From Styela clava (taxonomy: Eukaryota), in assembly GCF_964204865.1 (NCBI RefSeq), contig NC_135252.1, positions 1,550,001 through 1,614,000 on the forward strand: a stretch of 64,000 nucleotides of DNA. Direction: 5' to 3'. Below, piece after piece: positions 51,701 through 64,000 of the stretch; the stretch's first letter is position 1, and each line of letters starts with the position of its first letter. The position numbers and the translations under genes were made by a program. The notes below the pieces were generated by a model, which saw only the letters and a list, made by a program, of their open reading frames with translations, was not told the origin of the DNA and did no database searches.

Positions 51701-54700
51701 TGAAAACGACTGTTCCATCATATAATCGATCTCAATTGCTTAGACTTTGTATTTCCAGTAAATACGAAAATGAAATATAATGAATATATGATAAAGAAAA
51801 TAGTGAAACCCATATTTACTGGATAGGATATTTTGATTTCCAACCATTTCACTGCAGTCGAAAGTCTACTAAAATGGCGACACCAACAAGATAATGGAGC
51901 AATATTTATATGATAACGATCACAGTATGATAGAAAGCAGGAAATAGTTGAGTAACTACAATAAAACTGCCTTATTAACCTTACATTTTGACATTTTCGA
52001 TTAAAGGTTTTAAAGGAAAAACGTGTGAGAGACAAGTTTGCATGGAGGCAAGCTGTAATGGAGGAGGAAGTTGTCGAGAAACAAGTGACGGAAAAATCAA
52101 ATGTGACTGTCGATACAATCGTGCAGGAAAATATTGCGAACATGCTTGTTCATTCAGTAGATCTAAGGTACTGATTTCTAACTAAAAATATATCGTTTCT
52201 CTTGATAAAAAAAGGTTGTCCGCTAATAAAATCAAATGCATGGAAATATTTAGTTCCTACCAATACGCTAGTTGTATAGGATAAAGGCGTATATTAACGT
52301 TAACGTCCGGTCACTCTCGAGATTTAAAGTCAGTGACATCCATACCGTCCTTGTTTTTAACACTTGTGTTTTACAAAATAATTTTGTCCCCATCTTGTAA
52401 ACTTGTTTTGAGCCGTGTGCTCATTTTGTGTTATTTCCATTTACAAGATAAACTTGACATTAATGTAATGTTGAAAACCAGATGCACATTAACGATTCTG
52501 AGATATTAGCCTTGATTTTTGTTATTATGTGTAATGTGACGGATTGTCATCCGCCGTCGAAACGAGTGTTTATTTGTTGCATGAATTATGCTATCATGCT
52601 ACTGAACACTAATTGAGATATTTATTTTAAATTGAATGAGCCGATGAAAGACCTGCTTATATGTTAACTGAAATTAATTAGAATATTTGATAATGACATT
52701 AATCAAAATAGATACAATTCTGGTATTTATTATAACAAACTTTTTGAAATCTCTTTTCACAGAGTTGATACTACTTCGTTTTTTGTTATTCTTTTTTTAT
52801 CTACAACTCTGGAATTTTCATTAATAAACAATAATGCAGATGGAATTTTTTATACTTCCTAAATAGTTCCAACACGGAGACTCTTATTGCTATCGAGCGA
52901 AAACTTGTGTGATTGGTGCTGGCGATGGAATTGAAAGGTGCAGATGTGACAATCGCGGATCAGGGACTCACTGCATTATGTCATCTGGTATCCTGAATTT
53001 TATAAAACATAGCATTAGGATGGATTGAGCTAAATCACCTTTTATTCTTGAAAACGACTAACTATACTTGTTTAATTTGAAGTTGACCAGACAGCTTGAC
53101 ATTTTTTTTATGTAGATCACCTTGAGACCATAAGCTGTACAACCATCCAATTGTCTTTATTTCACACATGTTTGTAATCACCGGGTATCATAACACACAC
53201 ATAAGGTATTGACTCCATTCGTACAGTTCCTGAGAAAAATTAGTAATATATAATCGTACATATATATCTCAAATATGCTGTTTTTTGAAACAATGTTTGC
53301 GTGTAGCTATCGGAGGTTATCCATGTAACTAACACTATTTCAATATAACCAACCTTGAATATAATCATCTGAACATGTAAAATTACCTTGATGCAAGTCT
53401 GGATTTGGACTTTTGGATATTTTTTTTTCAGATGTAAGAAACGAATGCCTAGAACCGAATATTTGTAGTGGCCGTGGTACTTGCTACGACCTAACTGACA
53501 AATATTTTTGCGACTGTCATAGTTATGCATCTGGAACTAACTGCGAGTTTTTTAACGAATGTGGTACCTCTAACGTGAGTTATTTCGAATTTTTCCATAT
53601 TTAACTAGCATTTTTTCCATACAATGTAATAATTTTCGAAATTTTATGGATATATTTTGAACTTATATTTGCTATGTTATATGTTATATTCAAAAGCAAA
53701 TAACGATTTGTTGTAAATCGTAAATTTTACGTAATCGTATAGTTTCTTATTGTTTATACAGCTTTGTCAACGATATGGAGGGACATGCGTTGATTTAGTG
53801 CAGGGGTACAAGTGTACCCGCTGTCCGAGTGGTCAGACTGGCGACAAATGTCAATATATGAAAAGTGGGTATTACGGCACTTCCAACATATGGATAGGCA
53901 GTATACAGAATATTTATTGTTTTCTCATACATCAATATGTTGTCAGTTTTAGTTTATGATATATGAATTTAAATTTGATTGCCCATCTATGCGTATGCTT
54001 TTGACATACCATTCTCAATTAGACCCCCTAATGATGAAATTGTGAGATAATAATATGGGGTCGAATATGTAGAACGCACCAATAAAATTTGGTATGCTAA
54101 ACCAACTTTTATTGAGCCTATTTCCAGTTTTTGGATAAAACGTCTTTAGTTTTGCTGCTATTATGAATGAATAAGCTTATATAATATATTTATCCCTTTT
54201 TTTCATTTAAATTTGATTCAGTTATTACTAAAAGAAAATTTTCTATCAATGTTTGCTTGCATAGATCCGTGCAAAGTTACATGTGGGCAATCCTCTATGG
54301 ACTTTAAATGTTACATGAAATTTTTGAATTCTAAACTCCAAAAGATACCGATTTATCTAAATTTACAAACCGAAAATTGTGAATTCAAATCTCGATACGG
54401 CTATTCGTCTGACGTGGTAACAAAATCTATTACATACAATGAGTGTGGAACCAAAATAGCGGTAAGAAGTTTTTGATTGACTGACTAAAGTAAGAATCTT
54501 TTCGTCAGCAAATCCCAATATATGTTTTACAGCATGATGGAGACACAATTATTTATAGTAATTCTTTGCGAGCCGGCATTTTTGGAAATAAGGAAGAAGA
54601 GAATGATGTAATTACCAGATTGGTAGGAAATTTTCGAGTAAGTTGACTGACATACATTAATTTATTGAACTGGTTTTGAAAATTTTAAATATAAAACAAG

Positions 54701-57700
54701 AGAAAGTGAACATTACCGCTTCAAAATGTCAAAGTAGCGTACGTGAACAAAAAAAAACGTGATTTAGATTTTATGAGAAGGGCTGTGCAAGTTTTACTTG
54801 AGTTCAAACATGTTATAAAATATTGCATCAAGATTCAGAATGCACGATCCTTTTACATCAAGAGTTGAGGCCTGAATAATGTAATCATTTTTATTCATTT
54901 CCAATCACCAAATGTATAATATAAATATATATAAACCAGTGGACCTATAATATAAATATGGTAAACTTCAATATTGTCTCATTGATTTCAATTAACAAAA
55001 TCTATAAATCATTAAAAATGAAATACTGTGCATTCGTGTTTTTCCTACAAGTACATTCATGCACAAGAATATTTGTATTAATTAACATAACAAATCCTAT
55101 ATTCAAGTTTGACATGGAATGCAGAATTCCGATAGTTTACAACGATACTTCAGCCATGATAAAAGATTATTCACTTGAAAGAAACGAATCAATTCATCTT
55201 CACGACGAACGAAAAGTAACCTTGTCAATGCTCGTTGCTTTTAAAAAGTATAAAAATGATACTATTTGCTTTCGTTTATTACCTAGTGCTACTTTTTTAC
55301 TCAATCACGTGACTATTCACAAAATTTGCAATTTTTACTTGCAACAATAACGAAGTCATATTGAGTCAAGTGCAATAGTTAATAAAATTCATGCAATATA
55401 TTGTAGAACTTTTTTATGATTTGGAAAACTAGAAAAATTTGAAAACATTAGTTTGAACGAGCTGCTAAATTTGAAGTAATTGATAATATATTTTTATATA
55501 TTTCAATTACTGCAGTTTAACAACATATATATACTATTTATTTTTTAGCCGTGATTGGAACTCGATCACAAAATATAATGTGGGAGACCGGCTCTATGTG
55601 GAAGTGAGTCTCTATATACTTAAATATAACAAACCCACGAACAGATACCCGAAATTTATACTTTGTTATATTAATAGAGTTTGGTCAAAAACGCAATATT
55701 TTGCAATTCGATGGGCTCCGCCTACAATTTTCATGAGAGTATTAGATTTAAGAATACTTAAACTACATTGTGCATGATGGGGCCTACACTGATTACGATA
55801 TCCTGATATTTGAATGTCGCTGCTGACGGATCGGTGCTAAACTTTGGTTATAGTGAAATTTTACTGTATAGCATTATCCAACATACAACTAAACTGTGAG
55901 ATGCCGGAGATTACTCAACATTTGAAAATGAGTTTTACTGAAAAAGAATTAGAGAGCTTAGAGAGAATTTTTGATATACAGTATAATTATTTGGCACGCT
56001 CCACTATATATTCATTTTGTTTGTTCGTTTTTACATCATAGCTTGTCCTGCAAACGTCAAACCCAATTTTGTCACAAAATGGTGTTTTAAAACCAACCAC
56101 GTGTTATGCGACTCCTGCGAATGCGAACCTCGTTACGTCCTGCTAGAAAATGGGTGAGAATATATTAAATTTTTCGAAATTAGAATAACTGAAATAAAAT
56201 GTGGAAATAATAAACAATTGTGGAGTTTTTAATAGCACATATTGAAGTGAAATCAAATATTTTAAAAAAATTACTAATTGAAAATTGTAATTTTCTTAAT
56301 ACATTTTAACGATTGTTTGTTTTTGTATATAGATGTATAAGAGATAAAACATTCAGATATGAACAAAGGAACTCAAGAAGATCAGAAAACAATCGATTTG
56401 CTTATTTCAGTTTTGATTCATTTTCTTTCAAAGGAGAACGTGGTAAGGTACGATAGAACAGTTTCAATTTTGAATAATAGCAATCAGTAAAAATGTAAAA
56501 AAAAGGGTTAAAACACATGTGCGGATGTGCCAAGTTGCATTTAGAATATTTACTTGATGTAATACAATATACCACCAACAAAACTACTGTATTCTTGTTT
56601 GTTTACATGACCGAAAGACAAATACATTGTATATAACCGGGAACTAAATATAAGTTAGTTCCTGATGTATTGCATGTGTTAGGTACAAATAGTGGTATAT
56701 CCTAGCAAAATCTGTTGCATAACACGGCGCCACAATATTATTGTTTTTTGAAAAACCTTGTTTATTGATTGATATTATGTTTAATGCAGCTTTACCTGCA
56801 CTGTAATGCTCGGCTTTGCATTAACCGAACGAGTGGAGGGGAAGATTTCAGTTTTGAAGAATGCATGAATATATGCTCCGAGCAAAAGGTTTTTAGAACA
56901 TTTTATTCAATACTTTTTTCTTTAGATAATTACTGTTACGTTATTTATTTATTATAATATAGTCAGCGATGGCACAGTGGTACGAACGATGAACTTACCA
57001 CGCTTGCATCCCTTGTTCGACAAGTTTTTCACAACCTAAAGCAATTTTGCGATATGATGCGTGTGTCATCGAATATTGAAATTCCGGGTTCTAACTTCGT
57101 TTTCATACTTGTATCGAGAATGTACAATATTGGATAAGCAATGCCGAACAGGAAAGTAGTAGTAGCTCTTGTCATGCAGTAGCTTGTTGTACAGACCCGT
57201 GTTTGGGGAGAATTATAGGTAAAATCTCTTCAAAATAATGAATAAAATGGGTCGGCAATGCTAAGCCAAAAGGATTACCGGACTCTCTAAAAACAGTAGG
57301 TTCGTACGTCATAAATTCTCTCATCTAGAGTTGTAATAGCAGTGAACGCCACATAAACACGGTCGTTAATATAATATGTAAGTAGGGTGGGGTAAGTCGG
57401 ACCCCTGGAATATGATGGACAGGCAAAATCAAATCCTTCTGATAGTGACACCTCGCGTTTTTTCGTCGCCCAAAACGCATGGCGTGAAAGAGCGACATCA
57501 TGCGAATAACGACAGAACCGACATTTTTCAAAATAGTCCGTTGGGAATGTCAATGGGCCTTTGTCATCGAGACTTGTTGATAAGTATTTCTTGGTACTAA
57601 GTACTCTTTTACAACACGGATTAAAAGCACTCTCATCGCCATATTTATACTGGGTCTTCTAGAAGTTGGGTCCGGCCTAAAATCTCATCTTACCCCATCC

Positions 57701-58436
57701 AATTTTCCCCACAGTTTAAAATACCTCCAAGGTTATTCCAAGAAAATACAAAATAAATACTTCTAGAGGTTTGTATAAAGAAGACATAAAAAGTGCAAAA
57801 AATTTGTTGTTTTTTCTAAAGCTGTTCGAACACTTTTGAAAATTGCCATGTATTGTCCTTTACGTGGAAAAGACGGACACACTGGTTAATACGCAGGAAA
57901 AATGCTCTGTTTAAACAAAATGTTAAGATCTAGGCGTTGACCAAAATCTTATGAGACATCATCAAGTTTGTTTTGATGTATGTCCGTCTTGCCCACAAAA
58001 TGTTCAACTTACCCCGATATTTTTTAGGTGAAAATCGCGCGTAAATTCCGATTCGTTGCTATGGCAACAATGTGCAAATGTGGCAAGATAGCTGGAGGGC
58101 GGGTGCATAAATCACAAGTAGAACGAATGCATCTGCGGTATTTTGTAAAGAGTTATTCAAAATAATTTATTAGTGGGTCCGACTTCCCCCGACCTACTAT
58201 AATTGTTGTTGGAAGCCATCTACGATCTGATAAAGATAGAAATAAAAGTTATACTAATATACTTTTAGAAGGGAGTTGGAGAGGAACTAGTCACGACTGC
58301 TTCATCTAGCGCAACTTCATCAACAACAGATGGTGGTGTATTAGCGAGAATGAAACGATTTATTTCAGAAACAGATGATGATCGAGAACTAATCGATCGC
58401 CACACTGGAAATACTGTGTATATCTATGATGTATGA
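48742..58436 (+). CDS. Signal-Ig-6xEGF-ZP protein, copy 3 (18 exons; same ZP-C frameshift; probably chimeric)
   Basis: Starts MGYFYCIIFFALVCFGESSVSLEE. All exons are colinear with copy 2. Exon 4 has a GC donor. Premature TAG at 56144-56146. Terminal exon ...RMKRFISE...GNTVYIYDV* ends at 58436. Confidence 0.85.
49079..49358 (-). mobile_element. ~280-bp SINE-like insertion in intron 2 of copies 3 and 4 (duplicate ~61251-61530)
   Basis: GC-richer segment that is absent at the homologous site of copy 2 (~36450). Family assignment is tentative. Confidence 0.45.
51388..51594 (+). repeat. 70-bp minisatellite x3 (duplicate at ~63560-63766)
   Basis: Unit tcaaagttacaatatttttgaaaatcacaatagattgatttagattatattagaggttatatatacgc is repeated three times. 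Copy 2 has a single unit (~38300-38370). Confidence 0.9.
57382..58197. mobile_element. Duplicate of the 44971-46025 TIR element lacking 239 bp
   Basis: Same termini; junction gacagaacc|gacatttttc near 57519. Confidence 0.75.
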
Positions 58437-60913
58437 TATGCGTATGGCGTACTGTAAATATAATATGACATTGAATTCAGTTCATCTTATATCATATACA
58501 TATTTGTATAAAGCCAATCTACTGATCATAGCTCATCAAAAATGGACAACACGCTATTGAACATTTAGTTGCTTCCCTGGAGAGGGTAATTGTCTTAGTC
58601 TGTTTTGAAAGCATTTTACATGAATATTTCGATTTGTTTGTTATATGTTATATCCAATCCTGTTGCAGTTTCAATGTGAATGTGGAATATGTTCTAAAAA
58701 AATCTGGACTGTTTGTACTCTCTAACTATTTTAGTTTACCTAAGCTCGAAAGTGTCAGAAGAAGTTTGATCACGGCGTAAGCCGATATTTGTCCCGTGAC
58801 TGCACACTGCACTCCTACAAATAGCTGAAACGTTCATGCATGGAGTGTTACTGTCATATTGAGGCTAGTTGTCCTGTGTCTGCATTAAACCTTCAAGTCC
58901 TAGACCGTATTAAAAATGGTTATAAAATATTAGTGGCTTCCAATTGGAGACCAAATGAAATTCGTGAAAATAAGAAAAAGAAAATAGAAAGAGTGAAAAT
59001 TCAAGTGTAGAGTCTATAAAAGATTAGGCCCATTATTATTTTGAAATTGGATATTGACGGCTATAATAATTTTTCCATTGAAATATACTTGCTCACACTG
59101 AATTACTCTATAGCTCGTGAGAGTGTCGACTTATTGGACACTTCAGTGGACATACCGATCGTTTCAATATTATGTTGTTGTTGTTTTCGTCATCATTATC
59201 ATTGAAAATCACTTTTCTCTTCAAATACTGGACCAATTGCTTTGAAATTTTCAGTAGTTAAAGATTGATTTTTTTGCCAGAAGGCTATTACTTTCATTCA
59301 TTCCTAAATTTTCTATGAGTCTTATGAGATCTAATATTTCATCCAAAATTGCGCTGTATTATTTTTTAATTATGTAAACACGGTTTTTAATCCGCCAAGC
59401 GTGACGGCTGACTGTGAAAATTCTTGCGACTGAAAACTCGGAATTTTTTTTAGGGTACGGTACCGGTAACGTCAAAGGTAAGAACTGCTTCGCTCTGGCC
59501 CATGTGTCCAAATATTTGAGCGTTGCTCACTTGTATTATTTCATTCTTCCTAAAATTTTCTAAACTTAGTAATATTAGTTGAAGTTTTGATAAAACCACC
59601 CGCGCAAATGCCAGGCTCAGATCCTCAACAGCTTCCAACGCAATTGGTCCAGTAGTTCATGAGAAAATCGATTTGTCATAGCAATACGAACAAAAACAAA
59701 ATAATAACAAAACGATCCATATGTACACTTCGTGTCAAAAATAGATTCGTGGTTAAAATGACCATGGGTGCAAATTCCGTGTGTGCAAATATCCGTGGAA
59801 TCAAATGTCCATGGTCCAAATATCTATGAGTAAAATCTGTATGCGGATGCTAAAATGTGTGAGTGCGAATGTACGAGGGAAAATGGTCGTGAGTTGAATC
59901 TCCATTTGTGCCAAAATATACAAGTCCAAATGTCTGGGCGCAGTTTAGGGGTACAAATATACGTGGCTGTATAGATAATTAAATCTGATCTTTCACAATG
60001 TTAGTTTTTAACGTAACTGCATGCATATTCTTTCGGCAATGTATCAAAACAATTTAGACCTGTTCTACCGCAACCAATGCAAATTGGGTGTGGCTGGTCG
60101 ATTAACTGCGACCTCTCAAGTCTCTCATAATTGACGAGAAGCAGAATTATTTAGGATGTGACCATTTAAAATCATATTTAAATAAGATGTATTTGTTGGG
60201 CTGAGCAAGCCCCAAAATTGCCCATTGTAGTTAAGCCCAGAACAATAAACCATCCATTGCCACGTAAGGTCGCCAATTTTTCTTATTGAAGTTGGCCCGC
60301 ACGCGGCATGCTCATTCTCTTCAGTGATGACGATTTGACATATTTGAAAAACTTTGGCGCGACCCTTTTACGACCTCAATATTATGTCCCATATAAGAAA
60401 AAATTCATATTAACTTCAACTGCTTAAAGTCTTGCACGAATTGCCATTTACTGGCGGGTGATACACAACCATATAATTCTATGAAGTTGCAGTAGTTCTT
60501 GACATTACAATGATGGACTATTTCTTTACTAAAGGGTTCATTTTACCTTTGAGTGACCTTGCTTTGAGCAAATGCACCAAAAAGCTATTTCTATATATGT
60601 CAAGTGCTTCCTTCCATTGGGTTCTTTGGTTGGGCCAATTTGGTGATTTGGATTGATTTGATTTTATCAAGAACTTTTTCTCAATTACATAATATTGTTT
60701 GTGTTTTGTATGTAACGAAAAAAAAGTATCTCCACCGTTTTTCTACTTGTGAACGACATGAAAGCACGTTGCTGAAATCAGTATATATATATAATTTGGG
60801 ATCTGTTTATTTGGATATATGGTATAAAGTTACGGCATTATCGAAATTTATTTTCTCTCAATTCTTCGACGTTGAATCACTCACGTTACATCATGGATTT
60901 TAGTTCATCAAAA

Positions 60914-63900
60914 ATGGGATACTTCTATTGCATTATATTTTTTGCCTTGGTATGTTTCGGAGAATCTTCTGTGTCATTAGAAGAAGGTGGGATATGAATA
61001 TTTTTAAATGCTGTAATTGTTCAAGTCAAAAATAATTTGCACATGTAAAGAAACGTGATTGTTCTAGTCAGTAAGTTTGACATTCGCTCAAAATTTGAAG
61101 CAGCTACTCATACCCATGTATAGTTTTTGATTTTTCAAGATGTGTAAGTTGGTCGGTTCTGTAATAACTAATATAAGCTGATTCTTTATACCAGATTCAG
61201 AGATACCATATATGCATCAAGCGCGGTGAGTCATTTTCGTTTAATAACAAAAGTAATCAGTTGATTTGATTTTGCGCTTATATATTTCTCTTTGGGCGAA
61301 CCTGGAATACTATATCAGGCTGCCCCAACGGCCTTATCGTTAGTCAATCCGAAAGGGATAAATAATAGGTACAAGAGGATTCTGGACATCTTCGGGTTGC
61401 AAAGTTGCCGCGTAGCCAGCCGATGGTCGCCTATTTTTCTCAACACCATCCGATTGCACATGCAATTGTCCTTATCCGACATGGACTGGTAACCGAACTA
61501 AAAGTTGTGACGATTGAGCCGTCGTATTAAATTTTGTCTCCTGGCGATTTCCTATAATATATTATATCTCTATAGTCTTATAAGAGAACTTTTTGCAAAA
61601 CCGAATTAAATTAAATGTTTAAGTTTTAAAACAATCTACCTTTCAGGTTGCCGCATGATGATGGTATCACACGTGACCAGGTGGTCCTTACTAAAGGAGA
61701 ATCTTTAAAATTGGAGTGTGAATTTTATCCATCTGCTGGATCCTGGTCTTATATTCAATGGTAGCATTTTACTTCCTTGGTGATGTTAAGCATTCACATC
61801 ACCGTAAATATTCCTTAACAAATTAACACATTGTCTTAGAATCCTTAGCAGGCGGAACCTCGCTTAGCGCTAGATGATTCAACTTAATGAAACTCGTTAA
61901 ATATTCATACTAATTAAAACAGGTTTATTGATAAATACAAATGATTAATAGCTTTGCTTGTTTTGCTATAAAAGTTTCGGGTTCGATCAGGATTAGTGTG
62001 CTTTAGAGGAACTATAACTCATGGTGCTTAAATGTGACCTATAACTTACACCGAAGAAACTTAATATACGTTTTTATCATTCATCCATATTTTCAGGATA
62101 AAACTTCATGAAGATGGACAACAATTTAAGCATTCAATTATTCCCGCTAACCATACATTTAACAATGGAAGCGCAGTAATATCTTCAATAGTTTTAGAGA
62201 GTGTGACTGGGAGCGATACAGCAAATTACAGCTGCATTTTAACAACTGCTCTAGTCACTTCATCTATGGAGTTTTTCGTGGCAGTAAAAGGCGAGTTATT
62301 TAGAAATTGTGATAACATATTTAATTCACAAGCCTAATGATGACATTGTACTAATTGAATATATTATGTTTTTTTCTAATCAGATAAAGAATTTTGCACC
62401 GAAGGGTTGTGCAAGCCTCATGGACGATGTATAGAACTGTTGCGAGGGTACAGTCATTGAATTCATAAATATTGGCAAATTTGAAATTGGAATTCTTGGT
62501 ATATTGTTTGAGCCGGCCGAATGAAAGATATTTATTAACTATTTAACCATTCTGGCTGTAGTACATAGTCATATGATATCTGTATCATATTGCATATTCG
62601 CGCGTAGACACTTCTTAAAAAATCATCTTACTTAGTATGCTTTGATTTTGCTTCGAAAATGTCAAATTCTATTTGTTGAATTCAACGTAATTTTTCGTTA
62701 TATCTAACCTATCCGACACCGCTATGTAACTGAGGAAAGACAAGCTGGTTTTGTGGCACTACAGTAGTAAATGGTCGCAAAAGCGGCCATGTTTTCTATA
62801 GCCAGCCGTACCTCAGTGGCTGGAATTATAAGTATATAATCTCATAAATTGGTTCAATTCCGGAGATCAGTTATGTAATGTGCGTTGGGCGTTTTTCAAG
62901 TTTCTATTATTTTACGATGTTATTATCATATAAATAAAAAACAACGGTAGTTATGCTGTTATACGTTGTTGACCTGAGCTTTTTTTGGCGTTTTGATAGA
63001 AATCTAGATATCTATCAGAAAATAACAGTTTTGCAGATATAAATGCGAATGTGATGACGAATACACTGGGGAAGAATGTGGCATATTGGATACATGTTTT
63101 GATAGACCATGCCTAAATAATGGATCATGCATGATCACAGACTACGGATTCAACTGCTCTTGTTCAGAAGGTAGAATTTATCATTTCAATTTTTGGACCA
63201 ATGTCATTGTTTGCAGTTTTCATAAAACGACTGTGAATTTTTGTTTTACAAATATTTCACCTCGAAATTAACCCAGGTCACATTGACATATTTGTGCAAC
63301 CTCAAGACGGCACAGCATATTTTAGAACTGATTTTTAAACAAACCCATATTATCAATAGCTTCAGATATTTAATTTTTTTAAACACGATTTGACTGCACG
63401 TTTCCAAAATCATGAGGGGATCAAATCCACCAATCGCCTGCATTCAAATCGCAAACTTGTATTAAAAACTTGATTAATAATGTGTGTGCTGCTTTTCTCT
63501 GTAAATTAGCGGTATTATGAGCAAGCCGTTTTGTTGCATGGTTTTTTGCTGATTTGCCCTCAAAGTTACAATACTTTTGAAAATCACAATGGATTGATTT
63601 AGATTATATTAGAGGTTATATATACGCTTTCAAATTTACAATATTTTTGAAAATCACAATAGATTGATTTAGATTATATTAGAGGTTATATATACGCCTT
63701 CAAAGTTACAATATTTTTGAAAATCACAATAGATTGATTTAGATTATATTAGAGATTATATCTACGTATATTGAGGAAAGTAATGTTGTTTTATGTATTT
63801 ATTTCATTAAAATTGTTATACGATTGATCGACTAATGCCTGATTGGAATTTAAAAAAGACTCTTGTTTCTGCTGAAAACGACTGTTCCATCATATAATCG

Positions 63901-64000
63901 ATCTCAATTGCTTAGACTTTGTATTTCCAGTAAATACGAAAATGAAATATAATGAATATATGATAAAGAAAATAGTGAAACCCATATTTACTGGATAGGA
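60914..64000 (+). CDS. Signal-Ig-EGF-(ZP) gene copy 4, exons 1-6 only; continues beyond the window
   Basis: Essentially identical to the 5' part of copy 3 at offset 12172. Confidence 0.85.

Larger units (their letters stand above)
43140..64000 (+). repeat. Near-identical tandem segmental duplication: 43140-51828 matches 55551-64000 (offset 12411 before, 12172 after the 239-bp indel)
   Basis: Identical ORF pairs recur at these offsets (e.g. 44358/56769, 47278/59450, 50914/63086). Only a handful of SNPs seen over ~8.5 kb. Similarity is slightly lower at 41.6-43.1 kb and clearly lower upstream. Confidence 0.95.

Overview
AT-rich animal genomic DNA with short spliceosomal introns. The gene content and repeat landscape suggest a marine invertebrate chordate such as an ascidian, but that is inference only. 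From left to right: (1) a minus-strand cluster of intronless HSD17B12/KAR-like short-chain dehydrogenases, with two intact copies and one pseudogene; (2) a 7-exon secreted short-collagen gene with a PGKxGP (MASP-binding-like) motif and a Caspr-type fibrinogen-like head, i.e. a ficolin/collectin-like architecture; (3) a 12-exon SLC22 transporter on the minus strand; (4) a decayed LINE; (5) a tandem array of four copies of an 18-exon signal-Ig-6xEGF-ZP gene. In the array, copy 1 is a truncated pseudogene, copies 2 and 3 are full length but share a ZP-C frameshift, and copy 4 runs off the window. The strongest signal is that copies 2 and 3 differ at 24 amino acids but only 1 purely silent codon across the EGF3-EGF4 exons, while their ZP exons are nearly identical. 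A very recent ~12.2-kb duplication has breakpoints inside the gene, which would make copy 3 a chimera. One duplicate carries a 239-bp deletion anchored exactly at the 3' end of a G-tract. hAT, MULE-like, pogo-like and Helentron-type non-autonomous elements are scattered throughout. All exon models and substitution counts were read by eye and need computational and RNA confirmation.
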